From assembly GCA_963830915.1 (NCBI GenBank), contig CAWHOE010000051.1:64001-128000 (forward strand): a stretch of 64,000 nucleotides of DNA, given 5' to 3'. Position 1 is the stretch's first letter; each line of letters opens with the position of its first letter. Below the pieces are notes generated by a model. It did not search any database and was not told where the DNA came from. It was given only the letters and a program-made list of their open reading frames with translations. Source of the DNA: a candidate division FCPU426 bacterium. GTDB lineage: Bacteria > Oederibacteriota > Muellerivitia > Muellerivitales > Muellerivitaceae. Of this stretch, positions 29,328 through 38,909 are shown piece by piece. Position numbers and translations under genes: made by a program.

Positions 29328-30145
29328 TGTGGGTTTGGTACTCCTTAGGATCCGGATTTTTCAATGCCCTTTGGACATCCCAGATCAAATCTAAGGTACA
29401 AAATGAGAGTGCTCTCACATTTACGGCATCCATCCGTTGGGGAGTTGTAGTTATTCTATTGCCATTTGTTCTCTGGCAATACCAAAGTTTTTCTGCTCGT
29501 TGGTGGTTATACACGATCTTGAGCGGAATATGTGAATCCCTTGGCATTTGGGCTTTAGCAAAAGGAGCCCGAAGGGACTACTATTCCACTTTTGCTTTAA
29601 GTAATATCACCCCGTTGTTCACAGCTATTCTTGCAGTCGCTTTTTTACCCGAAAAGGTGGACAAGTTATTGTGGGTCGGCGTGATCACGGTAATAGAGGG
29701 TATTCTGTGGCTCTATTACCGTGGACATTGGTCCTGGTGGGGGACTGCCTCGGCTTTGATAGGTGCTTTCAGCGGATTATTTAGCAAGTTAGTGATCGCG
29801 GAGTCAGGCCCTATCATCCATGCCTGCTTCTCCTTTGTGGTGGGAGCCTTGTTTTGTTCCGCATTTTCCTTGAGGAAACACGGAAGGAGAAATGCGATCC
29901 TTATCCTCAAGAACGTTTGGACCTACCGCATTTTGATCATTGGTTCCGCTTTAGCCACCTATTGCTTCTATCAAGCGGTCGCCCTGGGCCCGTTGAGCCG
30001 GATGAGCCCCTTGGTTCGGGTCGATATGATCGTCGGATTTTTATTGAGTGTTTTTCATTTAAAAGAGAAACAGGATTGGCAAGGAAGGGGTTTCGGAGCT
30101 GTCGTTCTTTTATCTGGGATAATCATGATCATATGGAATTCATGA
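29327..30145 (+). CDS. EamA/DMT family transporter
   Basis: About 10 TM helices in two repeats (FLPEK; HLKEK). Confidence 0.8.
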   Translation: MWVWYSLGSGFFNALWTSQIKSKVQNESALTFTASIRWGVVVILLPFVLWQYQSFSARWWLYTILSGICESLGIWALAKGARRDYYSTFALSNITPLFTAILAVAFLPEKVDKLLWVGVITVIEGILWLYYRGHWSWWGTASALIGAFSGLFSKLVIAESGPIIHACFSFVVGALFCSAFSLRKHGRRNAILILKNVWTYRILIIGSALATYCFYQAVALGPLSRMSPLVRVDMIVGFLLSVFHLKEKQDWQGRGFGAVVLLSGIIMIIWNS

Positions 30146-30154
30146 GGAGGATGT

Positions 30155-30568
30155 ATGAAAATTTTAACGGAATACCTTTGGTTCAATACGCCTGAACACC
30201 GAGCCTACATCAATATCACGCCGGATGTGGAAAGGATCGTAAAGAAAAGCGAGGTTAAGGAAGGAATGGCTCTTGTTTCAGCAATGCATATAACGGCCGG
30301 AGTCTATGTCAACGATGCCGAGGATGGTTTGATCTCTGATATCGATGAATGGCTTGAAAGATTGGCTCCCTACAAGGCGAATTATCAGCATCATCGGACC
30401 GGGGAAACCAATGGGGACTCCCATTTAAAAAGTATTCTGGTCCATCATGAAGTTATCGTTCCTGTCACCAAGGGAGAGCTGGATTTTGGACCTTGGCAAC
30501 AGGTTTATTACGCTGAATTCGACGGTCAAAGAAAAAAACGTTTGTTGGTTAAGGTCATGGGGGAATGA
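30155..30568 (+). CDS. yjbQ: YjbQ/UPF0047 family protein
   Basis: [26 protein letters not shown]. Confidence 0.9.
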   Translation: MKILTEYLWFNTPEHRAYINITPDVERIVKKSEVKEGMALVSAMHITAGVYVNDAEDGLISDIDEWLERLAPYKANYQHHRTGETNGDSHLKSILVHHEVIVPVTKGELDFGPWQQVYYAEFDGQRKKRLLVKVMGE

Positions 30569-30867
30569 TGGAAACGTCAAAACCAGAGTTCGATAAATAT
30601 CTTTTTGTTTGCGTCAACGAAAGACCCAAGGGCGAAAGGATTTCTTGCGGCGGGATGGGATGTGGTAAGGAGTTGGCGGTGCGACTTAAGGAGGAAGTGA
30701 AAAAGGCCGGGTTTGCTTCCAAAATCAGGGTTTCCAAATCATATTGTTTGGATGTCTGTGAAGATGGACCAAATGTCATTATTTTTCCAGGTAATGTCTG
30801 GTTCAAGAAGGCCGATATTGTTGATATTCCTGTTATTCTGAAAAATGCCCTAGAAACCAATGAATAA
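30565..30867 (+). CDS. Thioredoxin-like [2Fe-2S] ferredoxin
   Basis: FVCVNER...SC...[15 protein letters not shown]. Confidence 0.85.
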   Translation: MMETSKPEFDKYLFVCVNERPKGERISCGGMGCGKELAVRLKEEVKKAGFASKIRVSKSYCLDVCEDGPNVIIFPGNVWFKKADIVDIPVILKNALETNE

Positions 30868-30949
30868 AGCAAAGTAAACAAGTTAAGTGTTTTACAAGTG
30901 ACTTGAAAGGAATAAAATCCTATCTCGTTGGACTTAATATTAGGGATAT

Positions 30950-31292
30950 GGGGGTGACCGGTTTCGACTGGGGAACTGAACTTTTGGGTGCGTGTCGAGG
31001 CGCCATCGCTCGTCAAACATGGCAACGGTTTAACTGCCGACAATCAGTTAGCTCTCGCCGCTTAAAGCGGTTAGCGTTTCGCCCTTGATGCCTATTAGGG
31101 GGATGGAACGTAAGCAGTAGGCTGGTCCGGATCAGGCTTGTTCCACCGATGGACGGACGAGAAACAATGGGGCTGGCTCTCCGCCGGCCGCTCGGGAGCG
31201 AGCGGGGGGTGAGACTCATTCCTGAGCTACGCACGTAGTGCCCATTATGGATGTTTTTCAGGACGTGGGTTCGATTCCCACCACCTCCACCA
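30950..31292 (+). ncRNA. ssrA: tmRNA; resume tag (A)ADNQLALAA* at 31036-31065
   Basis: 5' GGGGGTG...GGTTTCGAC and 3' GGTTCGATTCCCACCACCTCCACCA form an acceptor stem with G3:U; tag ORF ends in LAA. Confidence 0.95.
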
Positions 31293-31570
31293 TTTTTTTC
31301 AAATGAACAATCTTTCAATCGATAAGTTTCACGAAAAGTTATTGGCTTTTCTTTAATTCTGTATTGGGTTTAGATTAATTGGTATAGAGACAGTAAAGAT
31401 AAATGGGCTGACGAATTCGGGGTCAGATTTGTGGTTTAAAAGTTAAACCCAGGATGAATAGACCCGCTTACGGATTAAAAAAGCATAAGGCTTTTTAAAC
31501 TTTGCAAAATATAGACCTTTTGTTAAACTAAACGAGCTTTCCAATCCTTCATCTAACGAGGCCATGGTAA

Positions 31571-32602
31571 ATGAAACAGATCACCGCCTTCGCATTGTGT
31601 TTATTTTTCCTTGGAATGGTTCAACAAGCTCTGGCGGTTGGCCCCACCTATGTTCGTGACGCAATTTCAGCCTCGACAACCTGGACAAAAGATAACAGTC
31701 CTTATGTCATTCAAAACGATATTGTGATCGCTAAAGGAGCGATTCTTTCGATCGAGCCTGGGGTTGAAGTACAACTTACGGCAGTAGCCAATGGCAAGGT
31801 CGGTTCGGGACCGAATCTGGTCGTTCAAGGTGGTTTGAAAGCCGTGGGCAATTCCACGACTCCTATATCGTTTGTCCCATCGGCACAGGGTTCATTGTGG
31901 GGCGCGCTCTATTTTTATAATTGTGATAACGTGAATTGTATCCTCCAAGGATGCTTGATCAAGGGTGGCCGCATCGTATGCAATGGTTCCTCACCAACAA
32001 TTACCCAATGCGCTATTTACGGAGCTAAGAGTGGTGTGGAAGTTGCTCCCAACTCCCAGCCGCAGATCATTGGGAACCGCATTACGGCGAACGGAATAGG
32101 GATCGTGCTATTGTCGGATTCTGCAAGTCCTGTTATTTCCCGAAATGAGATTTACAACAACAATTATGGTATTTACTTCAAGGATTTTGGTATGCCCACC
32201 ATATCGGACAATAAGATCTACAATAATTTGAAATACAACATGGTCAATTATTCCGCGAAGTCTTTAGCGGTCCCGAATAACGATTTTCGCATCGCGGACG
32301 CACAGCAAATCATGAGAACTGTTTATGATGGTGCTTTCAACGCCAGCTTGGGCCGTTTGAACTTTATGCCTTTCGTCGGGATGACAGCGGGGGCTGCGGC
32401 TCCAGCTCCAGTGGTCGCTAGTGCTGCCGCCACCCAAGAACAACCAGCCATCCAGGAAGAGGATTTCTGGAGCTATGGTCGACCCTTTGACGCCATGAAG
32501 ATCAGCAACATCGAATCTCAAAAGAAAAAACCATCTGGCGCTATTAAGGTGTTGGCTGTAGGCGCGACGGCGGTGGTTACCGTCGTTCTTCTATTCCTAT
32601 AA
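31571..32602 (+). CDS. Exported right-handed beta-helix (pectin lyase/NosD-like) protein with C-terminal hydrophobic anchor
   Basis: Signal peptide, TWTKDNSPY, LSIEPGV, repeats PxIxxNxIxxNxxGI, Ala/Pro linker, C-terminal VLAVGATAVVTVVLLFL. Confidence 0.8.
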   Translation: MKQITAFALCLFFLGMVQQALAVGPTYVRDAISASTTWTKDNSPYVIQNDIVIAKGAILSIEPGVEVQLTAVANGKVGSGPNLVVQGGLKAVGNSTTPISFVPSAQGSLWGALYFYNCDNVNCILQGCLIKGGRIVCNGSSPTITQCAIYGAKSGVEVAPNSQPQIIGNRITANGIGIVLLSDSASPVISRNEIYNNNYGIYFKDFGMPTISDNKIYNNLKYNMVNYSAKSLAVPNNDFRIADAQQIMRTVYDGAFNASLGRLNFMPFVGMTAGAAAPAPVVASAAATQEQPAIQEEDFWSYGRPFDAMKISNIESQKKKPSGAIKVLAVGATAVVTVVLLFL

Positions 32603-32771
32603 ATAACAAACCCAGCTCTGCAAGGCGTTTTGCTTTCCTTTGCATCTTCAGCATTCTTGTGAACCCATGAATAACTGGTCTTACAAAAATGTAAACATAA
32701 CAGTGGGTGGAATTGTTTTATTGAGCAGTACACCCTTCGTTATTGTTAGTACCTAGGGCGGGTTGGAAAGA

Positions 32772-33143
32772 ATGGATAATAAGGATTTAAGAAACGCGCC
32801 GCGTCTTCCTGTTCGAATCCCTCTCCGTGTAAGGTTGATAAAATCTCCTATAGATGAAAAACTCGACTCTGAACTTCATAATGGAAACAATGTCATGTCC
32901 AATATGAGCCGAACCGGATTTTTTTTGAGCACCAAGAATTATTTTGAGATTAATTCGGTCATAGAAGTTGAGTTTCCAATGGAACAGTTTGACGAGGTAA
33001 TTAAGGCCGAGGCGGAAGTGGTTCGGGCTAACCATCAAAATTTCCCGAATCATGGACGTTATGAATATGGGCTGCGATATGTATCCATGCATCCTCATTT
33101 TCGCGAGGTTTTGAACAAATTCTTCAATTTGATGGGTGGATAA
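32772..33143 (+). CDS. Stand-alone PilZ-domain protein
   Basis: RNAPR (RxxxR) and NMSRTG ([D/N]xSxxG); AEVVR...YGLRY. Track start 32763. Confidence 0.85.
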   Translation: MDNKDLRNAPRLPVRIPLRVRLIKSPIDEKLDSELHNGNNVMSNMSRTGFFLSTKNYFEINSVIEVEFPMEQFDEVIKAEAEVVRANHQNFPNHGRYEYGLRYVSMHPHFREVLNKFFNLMGG

Positions 33144-33229
33144 GGCTGCAAGATCCTTCTCACAACCATTCGTTGTTATTTCCTTCCTTGTCGTGCTAAA
33201 ATCTCGCTTATTTTTTCAAAGGAGTCGTT

Positions 33230-33745
33230 ATGCGATTGTTTACATTTTTCTGCTGCATGCTGGTTGCTTCCGTTGCTTGCGCCAAGGATTTCAAAGTCGC
33301 GACTGTTGACCTTCAGAAACTTTTCAAGGAATATCCGGGAACTAAAGCCGCTCACGATAAATTGAGCACTTTGGCCCAAAAGAAGGAAAAAGAACTGTTG
33401 CCCGCGAAGAAAGAGCTTGAGGATCTTGACGCTGAACTCAAGAATTCGGCCTCGGTTCTTTCATCCAAACAGAAAAAAGAAAAGCAATATTTGCTTGAAA
33501 AGAAATATGAGGATTTCAAGCAACAACAAACACAGGTGGAAAATGATCTGGCCGCTAAGGAAGCTGATATGACCCAAGGTATCCTTGGAGAGATCAAGAC
33601 GGTGGTGGCGGAAGTTGCCAAGGACAGCGGTGTCGACCTGATCCTGGACGCTGATAAGACCGTCTATGCGAAGGACTCACAGGATCTCACAGACGCCGTC
33701 ATGAAAAAATTCAAAAGCGCAGCACCAGCCGATTCAGATAAATAA
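33230..33745 (+). CDS. skp: OmpH/Skp periplasmic chaperone
   Basis: Signal peptide, KVATVDLQKLFKEYP, coiled coil, GVDLILD...DLTDAV; lies upstream of lpxD. Confidence 0.88.
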   Translation: MRLFTFFCCMLVASVACAKDFKVATVDLQKLFKEYPGTKAAHDKLSTLAQKKEKELLPAKKELEDLDAELKNSASVLSSKQKKEKQYLLEKKYEDFKQQQTQVENDLAAKEADMTQGILGEIKTVVAEVAKDSGVDLILDADKTVYAKDSQDLTDAVMKKFKSAAPADSDK

Positions 33746-33767
33746 TCCTTCGTTGAAAGTGGCTCCT

Positions 33768-34807
33768 ATGGGCGTTTCTTTTTCAATCGAGGAATTGGCG
33801 CGAGAGATTGGTGGAACATTCAAGGGCGATGGTTCCCTGAGGATATCAGGGATCGGCCCTTTGGATTCGGCAAAAGAAGGCGATTTGACCTTCGTAACCA
33901 ACCCGAGGTACGTAAAAAAAGCTGAAACCACCGGGGCATCCGCCATCCTTTCTGATAGGGAATTACCTGGTGTACAGAAACATTCCTTTTGGCCAAAAAT
34001 CCATACGCAACACTAGCCAGACTCATTGAACTATATCATCCATCGGCCAGGCCTGAGGCTGGGGTGCAGGATGGAGCTTGGGTTCATCCCACGGCTACCA
34101 TCCACCCCCAAGCAAGTATTTATCCGGGGGTTTGTGTAATGGCTGGCGCAGAGGTTGGGGCAAAAAGCATTCTTTATCCTGGCGTTGTGGTCGGAGATAG
34201 CGTTGTCATCGGCGAGGGTTGCATACTTTATCCAAACGTTACGGTCCGTGAGAAATGCGCACTTGGAAATAGGGTCATCCTTCAACCTGGGGTGGTTATA
34301 GGAGCGGATGGTTTCGGATTCGCGCCCGATCAGGGGGCCTACGTGAAAATTCCCCAGATCGGGAATGTTGTCCTTGAGGACGATGTTGAGATAGGTGCGA
34401 ATACCTGTATTGACAGGGCTGCCTTGGGCTCTACCAGGATCGGAAAAGGTACCAAAATGGACGATCTGGTCATGGTCGGCCATAACGTCATTGTCGGCCA
34501 GAACACGATCATAGTTTCCCAAACGGGTATCTCCGGGTCCACCCAGATCGGAAACCATGTGGTGATGGGGGGGCAGGTTGGTTTAGCGGGCCATTTAAAA
34601 ATCGGGGATAATGTCACTTTAGCGACCCGTACCGGTGTCATGGAAGACATTCCTGAAAAAGGGGTCTATTGGGGCTCTCCTTCTTCGGACATGGCTACCG
34701 AAATGAAAAATGTGGCCGCTTATCGTCAATTGCCTGAAATGATCAAAAGACTTCGGAGACTCGAGAAGGAAGTTGCCAAGCTGACGGGCGGGGAAACTCA
34801 TGGCTGA
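33768..34807 (+). CDS. lpxD: UDP-3-O-acylglucosamine N-acyltransferase LpxD (split by a 1-bp frameshift near 33978)
   Basis: N-part (SAKEGDLTFVTNPRY) lies in ORF 33753-34016; the rest (NPYAT, GADGFGF, IPQIGNV, GANTCIDRA) lies in ORF 33989-34807. Adding one A gives ~346 aa. Confidence 0.9.
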
Positions 34808-36122
34808 GACATCAACTTTCCGTAAACAACGAACTCTGGCTCGAACCGTTTTTATCGAGGGAACAGGTCTTCATACTGGTTCCCAGGGGAAAGTCACTTT
34901 GGTACCTGCCCCCGATGGAGCTGGGATACAGTTCTATCGGACCGACCTTGCGGCCGCCATCCCGATGACACCGAAGGGTGTGACCAGCACGGCCAGAGGA
35001 ACCACCCTGACTGGCGAGAAGAACGCTAGCGTTCATACTGTGGAGCATCTGCTTGCCGCCATTACCGGGGCTGGCATTGACAATCTTCGCATTGAAATGG
35101 ATATGGAAGAAGTTCCCATTTTGGATGGAAGCGCGTCACTTTATTCTCGTCTTATCCATGGAGCGGGATATGTCGAGCAACAAAAATCGGTGGATCCCAT
35201 CCGGATCACTGAAACCCTGGAATTCCAGTTCGGGGATATTACGGTCAAAGCGGAACCCGCAGAAAAGCTTTTTCTGGATGTCTCCATTTCCTTTCCTTAT
35301 CCAGGTTTGGAATCCCAACGGTATGTTTTTGAGCTTGAGGAAGGTTCCTTTGAAAGGGAATTGGCTCCGGCCAGAACTTTTTGTTTCGAGGAAGAAGTGG
35401 AGGCCCTCAGAAAACAGGGTCTGATCAAGGGCGGCAACCTTCAATGCGCCATAGTCATGGGGAAAAAAGGAACCTTGAATGGTCCGCTCAGGTTCGATGA
35501 TGAGATAGTCCGGCATAAGACACTGGATCTGTTGGGGGACTTAACGCTTTTAAACAGACCTTTGATCGGTAAGATCACTGTTCGGAAGGCTGGCCACCGA
35601 TATCACGTGGAGCTGGCAAAAGCAATATTGGAGAAGTTCGGAAAGTCTGTTGATCAAAATCAACATAAGGGGGGAGCAATAATGCTCGATATTTTAGGAA
35701 TTCAAAAGGCGTTGCCGCACCGTTATCCTTTCTTGTTGATCGACCGGGTCTTGGAATTGGACGATAAAAAAGTGGTTGCGATCAAGAATGTGACCATCAA
35801 TGAGCCTTTCTTTCAGGGTCATTTCCCTGGTCATCCAATCATGCCGGGAGTATTGGTCATCGAGGCCATGGCCCAAGCCGGTGGGGTCATTTTCTTGCAC
35901 AATAGCGATGGTAAGAAAATTCTCTATCTGGCTGGTGTGGACAAAGCGAAATTCAGAAAACCTGTCTTGCCTGGCGACCAAATACGTTTTGAAGTGGAAG
36001 TGTTGGTCCTGAAATCCAAGGTTGGTAAGATCGCCGGTAAGGCCATCATTGATGGAAAAGTCGCGGTCCAAGCTGAGCTCACTTGCGCTATCGTGGATTT
36101 CAACGAAATGAACAAGGAATAA
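34800..36122 (+). CDS. lpxC: Bifunctional LpxC-FabZ fusion
   Basis: GTGLHTG, TVEHLLAA, PILDGSA, ARTF, RHKTLDLLGD, then LPHRYPFLLIDRV and FFQGHFPGHPIMPGVL in the same ORF. Confidence 0.95.
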   Translation: MAETSTFRKQRTLARTVFIEGTGLHTGSQGKVTLVPAPDGAGIQFYRTDLAAAIPMTPKGVTSTARGTTLTGEKNASVHTVEHLLAAITGAGIDNLRIEMDMEEVPILDGSASLYSRLIHGAGYVEQQKSVDPIRITETLEFQFGDITVKAEPAEKLFLDVSISFPYPGLESQRYVFELEEGSFERELAPARTFCFEEEVEALRKQGLIKGGNLQCAIVMGKKGTLNGPLRFDDEIVRHKTLDLLGDLTLLNRPLIGKITVRKAGHRYHVELAKAILEKFGKSVDQNQHKGGAIMLDILGIQKALPHRYPFLLIDRVLELDDKKVVAIKNVTINEPFFQGHFPGHPIMPGVLVIEAMAQAGGVIFLHNSDGKKILYLAGVDKAKFRKPVLPGDQIRFEVEVLVLKSKVGKIAGKAIIDGKVAVQAELTCAIVDFNEMNKE

Positions 36123-36125
36123 GAA

Positions 36126-36911
36126 ATGACGGTTAATAATCCCCTGATCCACCCCACCGCGGTCATTCACCACAAAGCTGTCCTGGGGGATGGTGTGATC
36201 ATCGGCCCATATGCTGTCATCGATGAACATGTGACCATTGGGAATGGCACTTCCATAGGTCCCCATGCCGTTATCACTGGCCACACAAAACTGGGTCAAC
36301 GGAACAGAATTTTTTCTGGGGCGGTGGTGGGTAGCGAACCACAAGATGTTAAATACCATGGCGAAGAAACGTGGCTGGAGATAGGGGACGATAATATCAT
36401 CCGGGAACATGCCACCATCAATCCAGGCACTGGGGAAGGATCCAAGACAGTCATCGGCAATGACAACTGGTTGATGATCCAGACCCATGTGGGCCATAAC
36501 TGCGTGATCGGAAATCACATCAAGCTTGCCAATCTAGTGACCTTGGGAGGCCACGTCCAGATCGAGGATTATGCCACCATCGGCGGGGTCACTCCTGTCC
36601 ACCAATTCTGCAGGATCGGCTGCTACTCGATGATCGGAGGGGGGTTCCGTGCAGTCCAAGATGTGGTCCCTTATATGATCGCGGGCGATGAACCGTTGAC
36701 GATACATGGCATCAACCAGATCGGCCTGGAACGGAACAACTTCTCCAAAGATACCATCGAGACCCTGAAAAAAGCGCATAAGGTTATTTTCAGGAAAAAT
36801 CTTATCTTGAAAGAAGCGATCCAGGTGTTGATGTCTGAGTTTCCCAAACTGCCAGAGATCATTCACCTCATACAGTTCCTGGAAACATCATCCCGCGGCA
36901 TTGTGCGGTAA
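36126..36911 (+). CDS. lpxA: UDP-N-acetylglucosamine acyltransferase LpxA
   Basis: IHPTAVI, PQDVKY, IREHATI, HVGHNC, VHQFCRIG. Confidence 0.96.
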   Translation: MTVNNPLIHPTAVIHHKAVLGDGVIIGPYAVIDEHVTIGNGTSIGPHAVITGHTKLGQRNRIFSGAVVGSEPQDVKYHGEETWLEIGDDNIIREHATINPGTGEGSKTVIGNDNWLMIQTHVGHNCVIGNHIKLANLVTLGGHVQIEDYATIGGVTPVHQFCRIGCYSMIGGGFRAVQDVVPYMIAGDEPLTIHGINQIGLERNNFSKDTIETLKKAHKVIFRKNLILKEAIQVLMSEFPKLPEIIHLIQFLETSSRGIVR

Positions 36912-36916
36912 GGTTC

Positions 36917-37726
36917 ATGCCTTCTTCTCGCCTCGTGGGATTGATTGCCGGAGCCGGAGATTTGCCTTTGATTTTCGCCCGTAGAGCCAGGGTGGAAGGA
37001 ATCCGATTAGCGACGGTTGGTCTGAAAGGCTTGACTTCACCCAAATTGGTTCCGTTGAGCGAGCAATTCACTTGGATATCCCTGGGCCAGTTAGGTTCTC
37101 TCCTTTCGTTCTTTAATAAAAACAAGGTTTCTCAAACGGTCATACATGGCAAAGTCCAGCTTTCCAGCATCTTTCGGAGTGTCCGGTTGGATCTCAAAGC
37201 CTTATCGTTATGGATAAGGATGAAAGACCGCTCTGGGGAATCGATCCTAAAAAACCTAGCCGATGAATTGGCCAGGAATGGCACGAAGGTTTTGGATGGC
37301 CGATATCTGATGACGGATTATCTGGCTATTAAAGGGTGCTTGACCAAAACCAGCCCTGATAAAAAAACCATCGTTGATATCACTTTGGGTCTTTCCAAGG
37401 CCAGATCACTGGCGAGAGCGGGTATTGGGCAAGTTTTGGCTATCAAGCAGGGAACGGTTGTGGCGGTGGAGGCTGTGGAAGGGACCGACGAGACGATCCA
37501 TCGGGCGGGTCATTGGTCTGGCCCTGGTATCATCCTCATCAAAACAGCCAGCCCGAAACAGGATTGGCGTTTTGATGTTCCCACCATTGGATTAAAAACT
37601 ATCGAGGGTTTGGCCAAGGCCAAGGCCAAGGGCCTTGTTCTGGAATCGGGAAAATCCTTCCTGTTGAACAGGGAGAAGGCAGTTGCCCTGTCCAACAGGA
37701 CGGGAATGTTTATTTTAAGTGTTTGA
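36917..37726 (+). CDS. lpxI: UDP-2,3-diacylglucosamine hydrolase LpxI
   Basis: GLIAGAGDLP, IGQ, AVEAVEGTD, QDWRFDVPTIG; follows lpxA. Confidence 0.9.
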   Translation: MPSSRLVGLIAGAGDLPLIFARRARVEGIRLATVGLKGLTSPKLVPLSEQFTWISLGQLGSLLSFFNKNKVSQTVIHGKVQLSSIFRSVRLDLKALSLWIRMKDRSGESILKNLADELARNGTKVLDGRYLMTDYLAIKGCLTKTSPDKKTIVDITLGLSKARSLARAGIGQVLAIKQGTVVAVEAVEGTDETIHRAGHWSGPGIILIKTASPKQDWRFDVPTIGLKTIEGLAKAKAKGLVLESGKSFLLNREKAVALSNRTGMFILSV

Positions 37727-37820
37727 TAACGTGACTTAAATTACCGTGTGTTTTCTTTTAATATAGGTAATGTTTTTTCAAAGCTGGACAAAGTTTTTGC
37801 CTTAGTTTGGTTTTTATCCT

Positions 37821-38909
37821 TTAACGGTTCTTCCGAATGATCAGGATTGGTCCGCCGATAGCGAAAAGGATGTTCATAGACCACATGGATAAAAAGGGCG
37901 ATAGAACACCTTCATAGCCCAGGTTCTGCCCGATCTGCATGCCACCCAAATAGAAAAAAGCCATCATGATGCAAATGCCGAAGCTCATCACCACCCCGCT
38001 GAAGCGGCCCATGCCCCAACCCCAAGGAACGCCCAGAAGGGCCAGTATGACGCAACCAAAAGGGAAGGCAAGTTTCTTATGGAATTCAACGAGTTCCTTG
38101 TGGCAATCCGAACCGTTGCGTTCCAGTTGGCGGATATAGTCGACTAATTCTGGAAGGTTCAACTCGCCTGGTTCCTTCTGCTCTTTAATGAAATCGTAAG
38201 GTTTTTCGGGAAGGGAATAAGGCATGTGGTCGAAGGCCTGGGCGGATTGCTCGACATCGTTGACATCGAAAACCCGATAAAAACCGTTATAAAAGACCCA
38301 CTGGCCATTCTCGAATTTGGCCCTTGCGGCGTCGATCCTGGCTTTTAAATGAACCCCGTTGTCGAATTGGAGGATGAGGACGTCTGTCATCGTATTCGTG
38401 TTTCCGTCGTAGGTGCCGATATGGTAAATGCCGTTATTTGCCCCCCGGATTGAGATGTTCTGCCGTACTAAATTGATCCCTGACTCGGATTGTTTCTCGA
38501 TTTCAACGACCTTGGTGTGATGCCGCATTTGGTTCGATTTGGGCACAACGATCTCGTTGAAACCCAGGCTTAGAAAGGAAATGATCAGACCCGCAAAGAA
38601 CAGAGGGATGGCCACCATGAAGATATTAACCCCGCCCGCTCTCATCGCGATAAGTTCATTGGATTTGGCCAATCCGCTCAGGGCGAATAACACGGCGAAT
38701 AGTACGGACAAAGGCACGATAAGGATCATCAGTTCAGGGACCTGAAGGGAGAAATATTTTAAGGTTAGGAGTATGCCTGGTTTGTGTTCTAGGATGAATT
38801 TGATATCGTTGAATACTTGCACGATTAGGATAAGTACGGAGAAAGAGGCCAGGGAAAGCAAAAATGGCTTCAGGAACTCAGCGAGAATATAGCGGGTCAA
38901 TAACTTCAT
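37821..38909 (-). CDS. lptG: LPS export permease LptG
   Basis: LTRYILAEFLKPF, SNELIAMRAGG, KLAFPF, six-TM plus jellyroll layout. Confidence 0.88.
   Translation of the reverse strand: MKLLTRYILAEFLKPFLLSLASFSVLILIVQVFNDIKFILEHKPGILLTLKYFSLQVPELMILIVPLSVLFAVLFALSGLAKSNELIAMRAGGVNIFMVAIPLFFAGLIISFLSLGFNEIVVPKSNQMRHHTKVVEIEKQSESGINLVRQNISIRGANNGIYHIGTYDGNTNTMTDVLILQFDNGVHLKARIDAARAKFENGQWVFYNGFYRVFDVNDVEQSAQAFDHMPYSLPEKPYDFIKEQKEPGELNLPELVDYIRQLERNGSDCHKELVEFHKKLAFPFGCVILALLGVPWGWGMGRFSGVVMSFGICIMMAFFYLGGMQIGQNLGYEGVLSPFLSMWSMNILFAIGGPILIIRKNR

Noticed and set aside
30903..31318. Short ORFs 30903-31088 and 31013-31318
   Set aside because: They overlap the tmRNA, which explains the sequence.
31270..33200. 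Genomic island integrated at the tmRNA 3' end
   Set aside because: No integrase or phage genes, and I saw no duplicated tmRNA 3' end; downstream genes run into the core skp-lpx operon.
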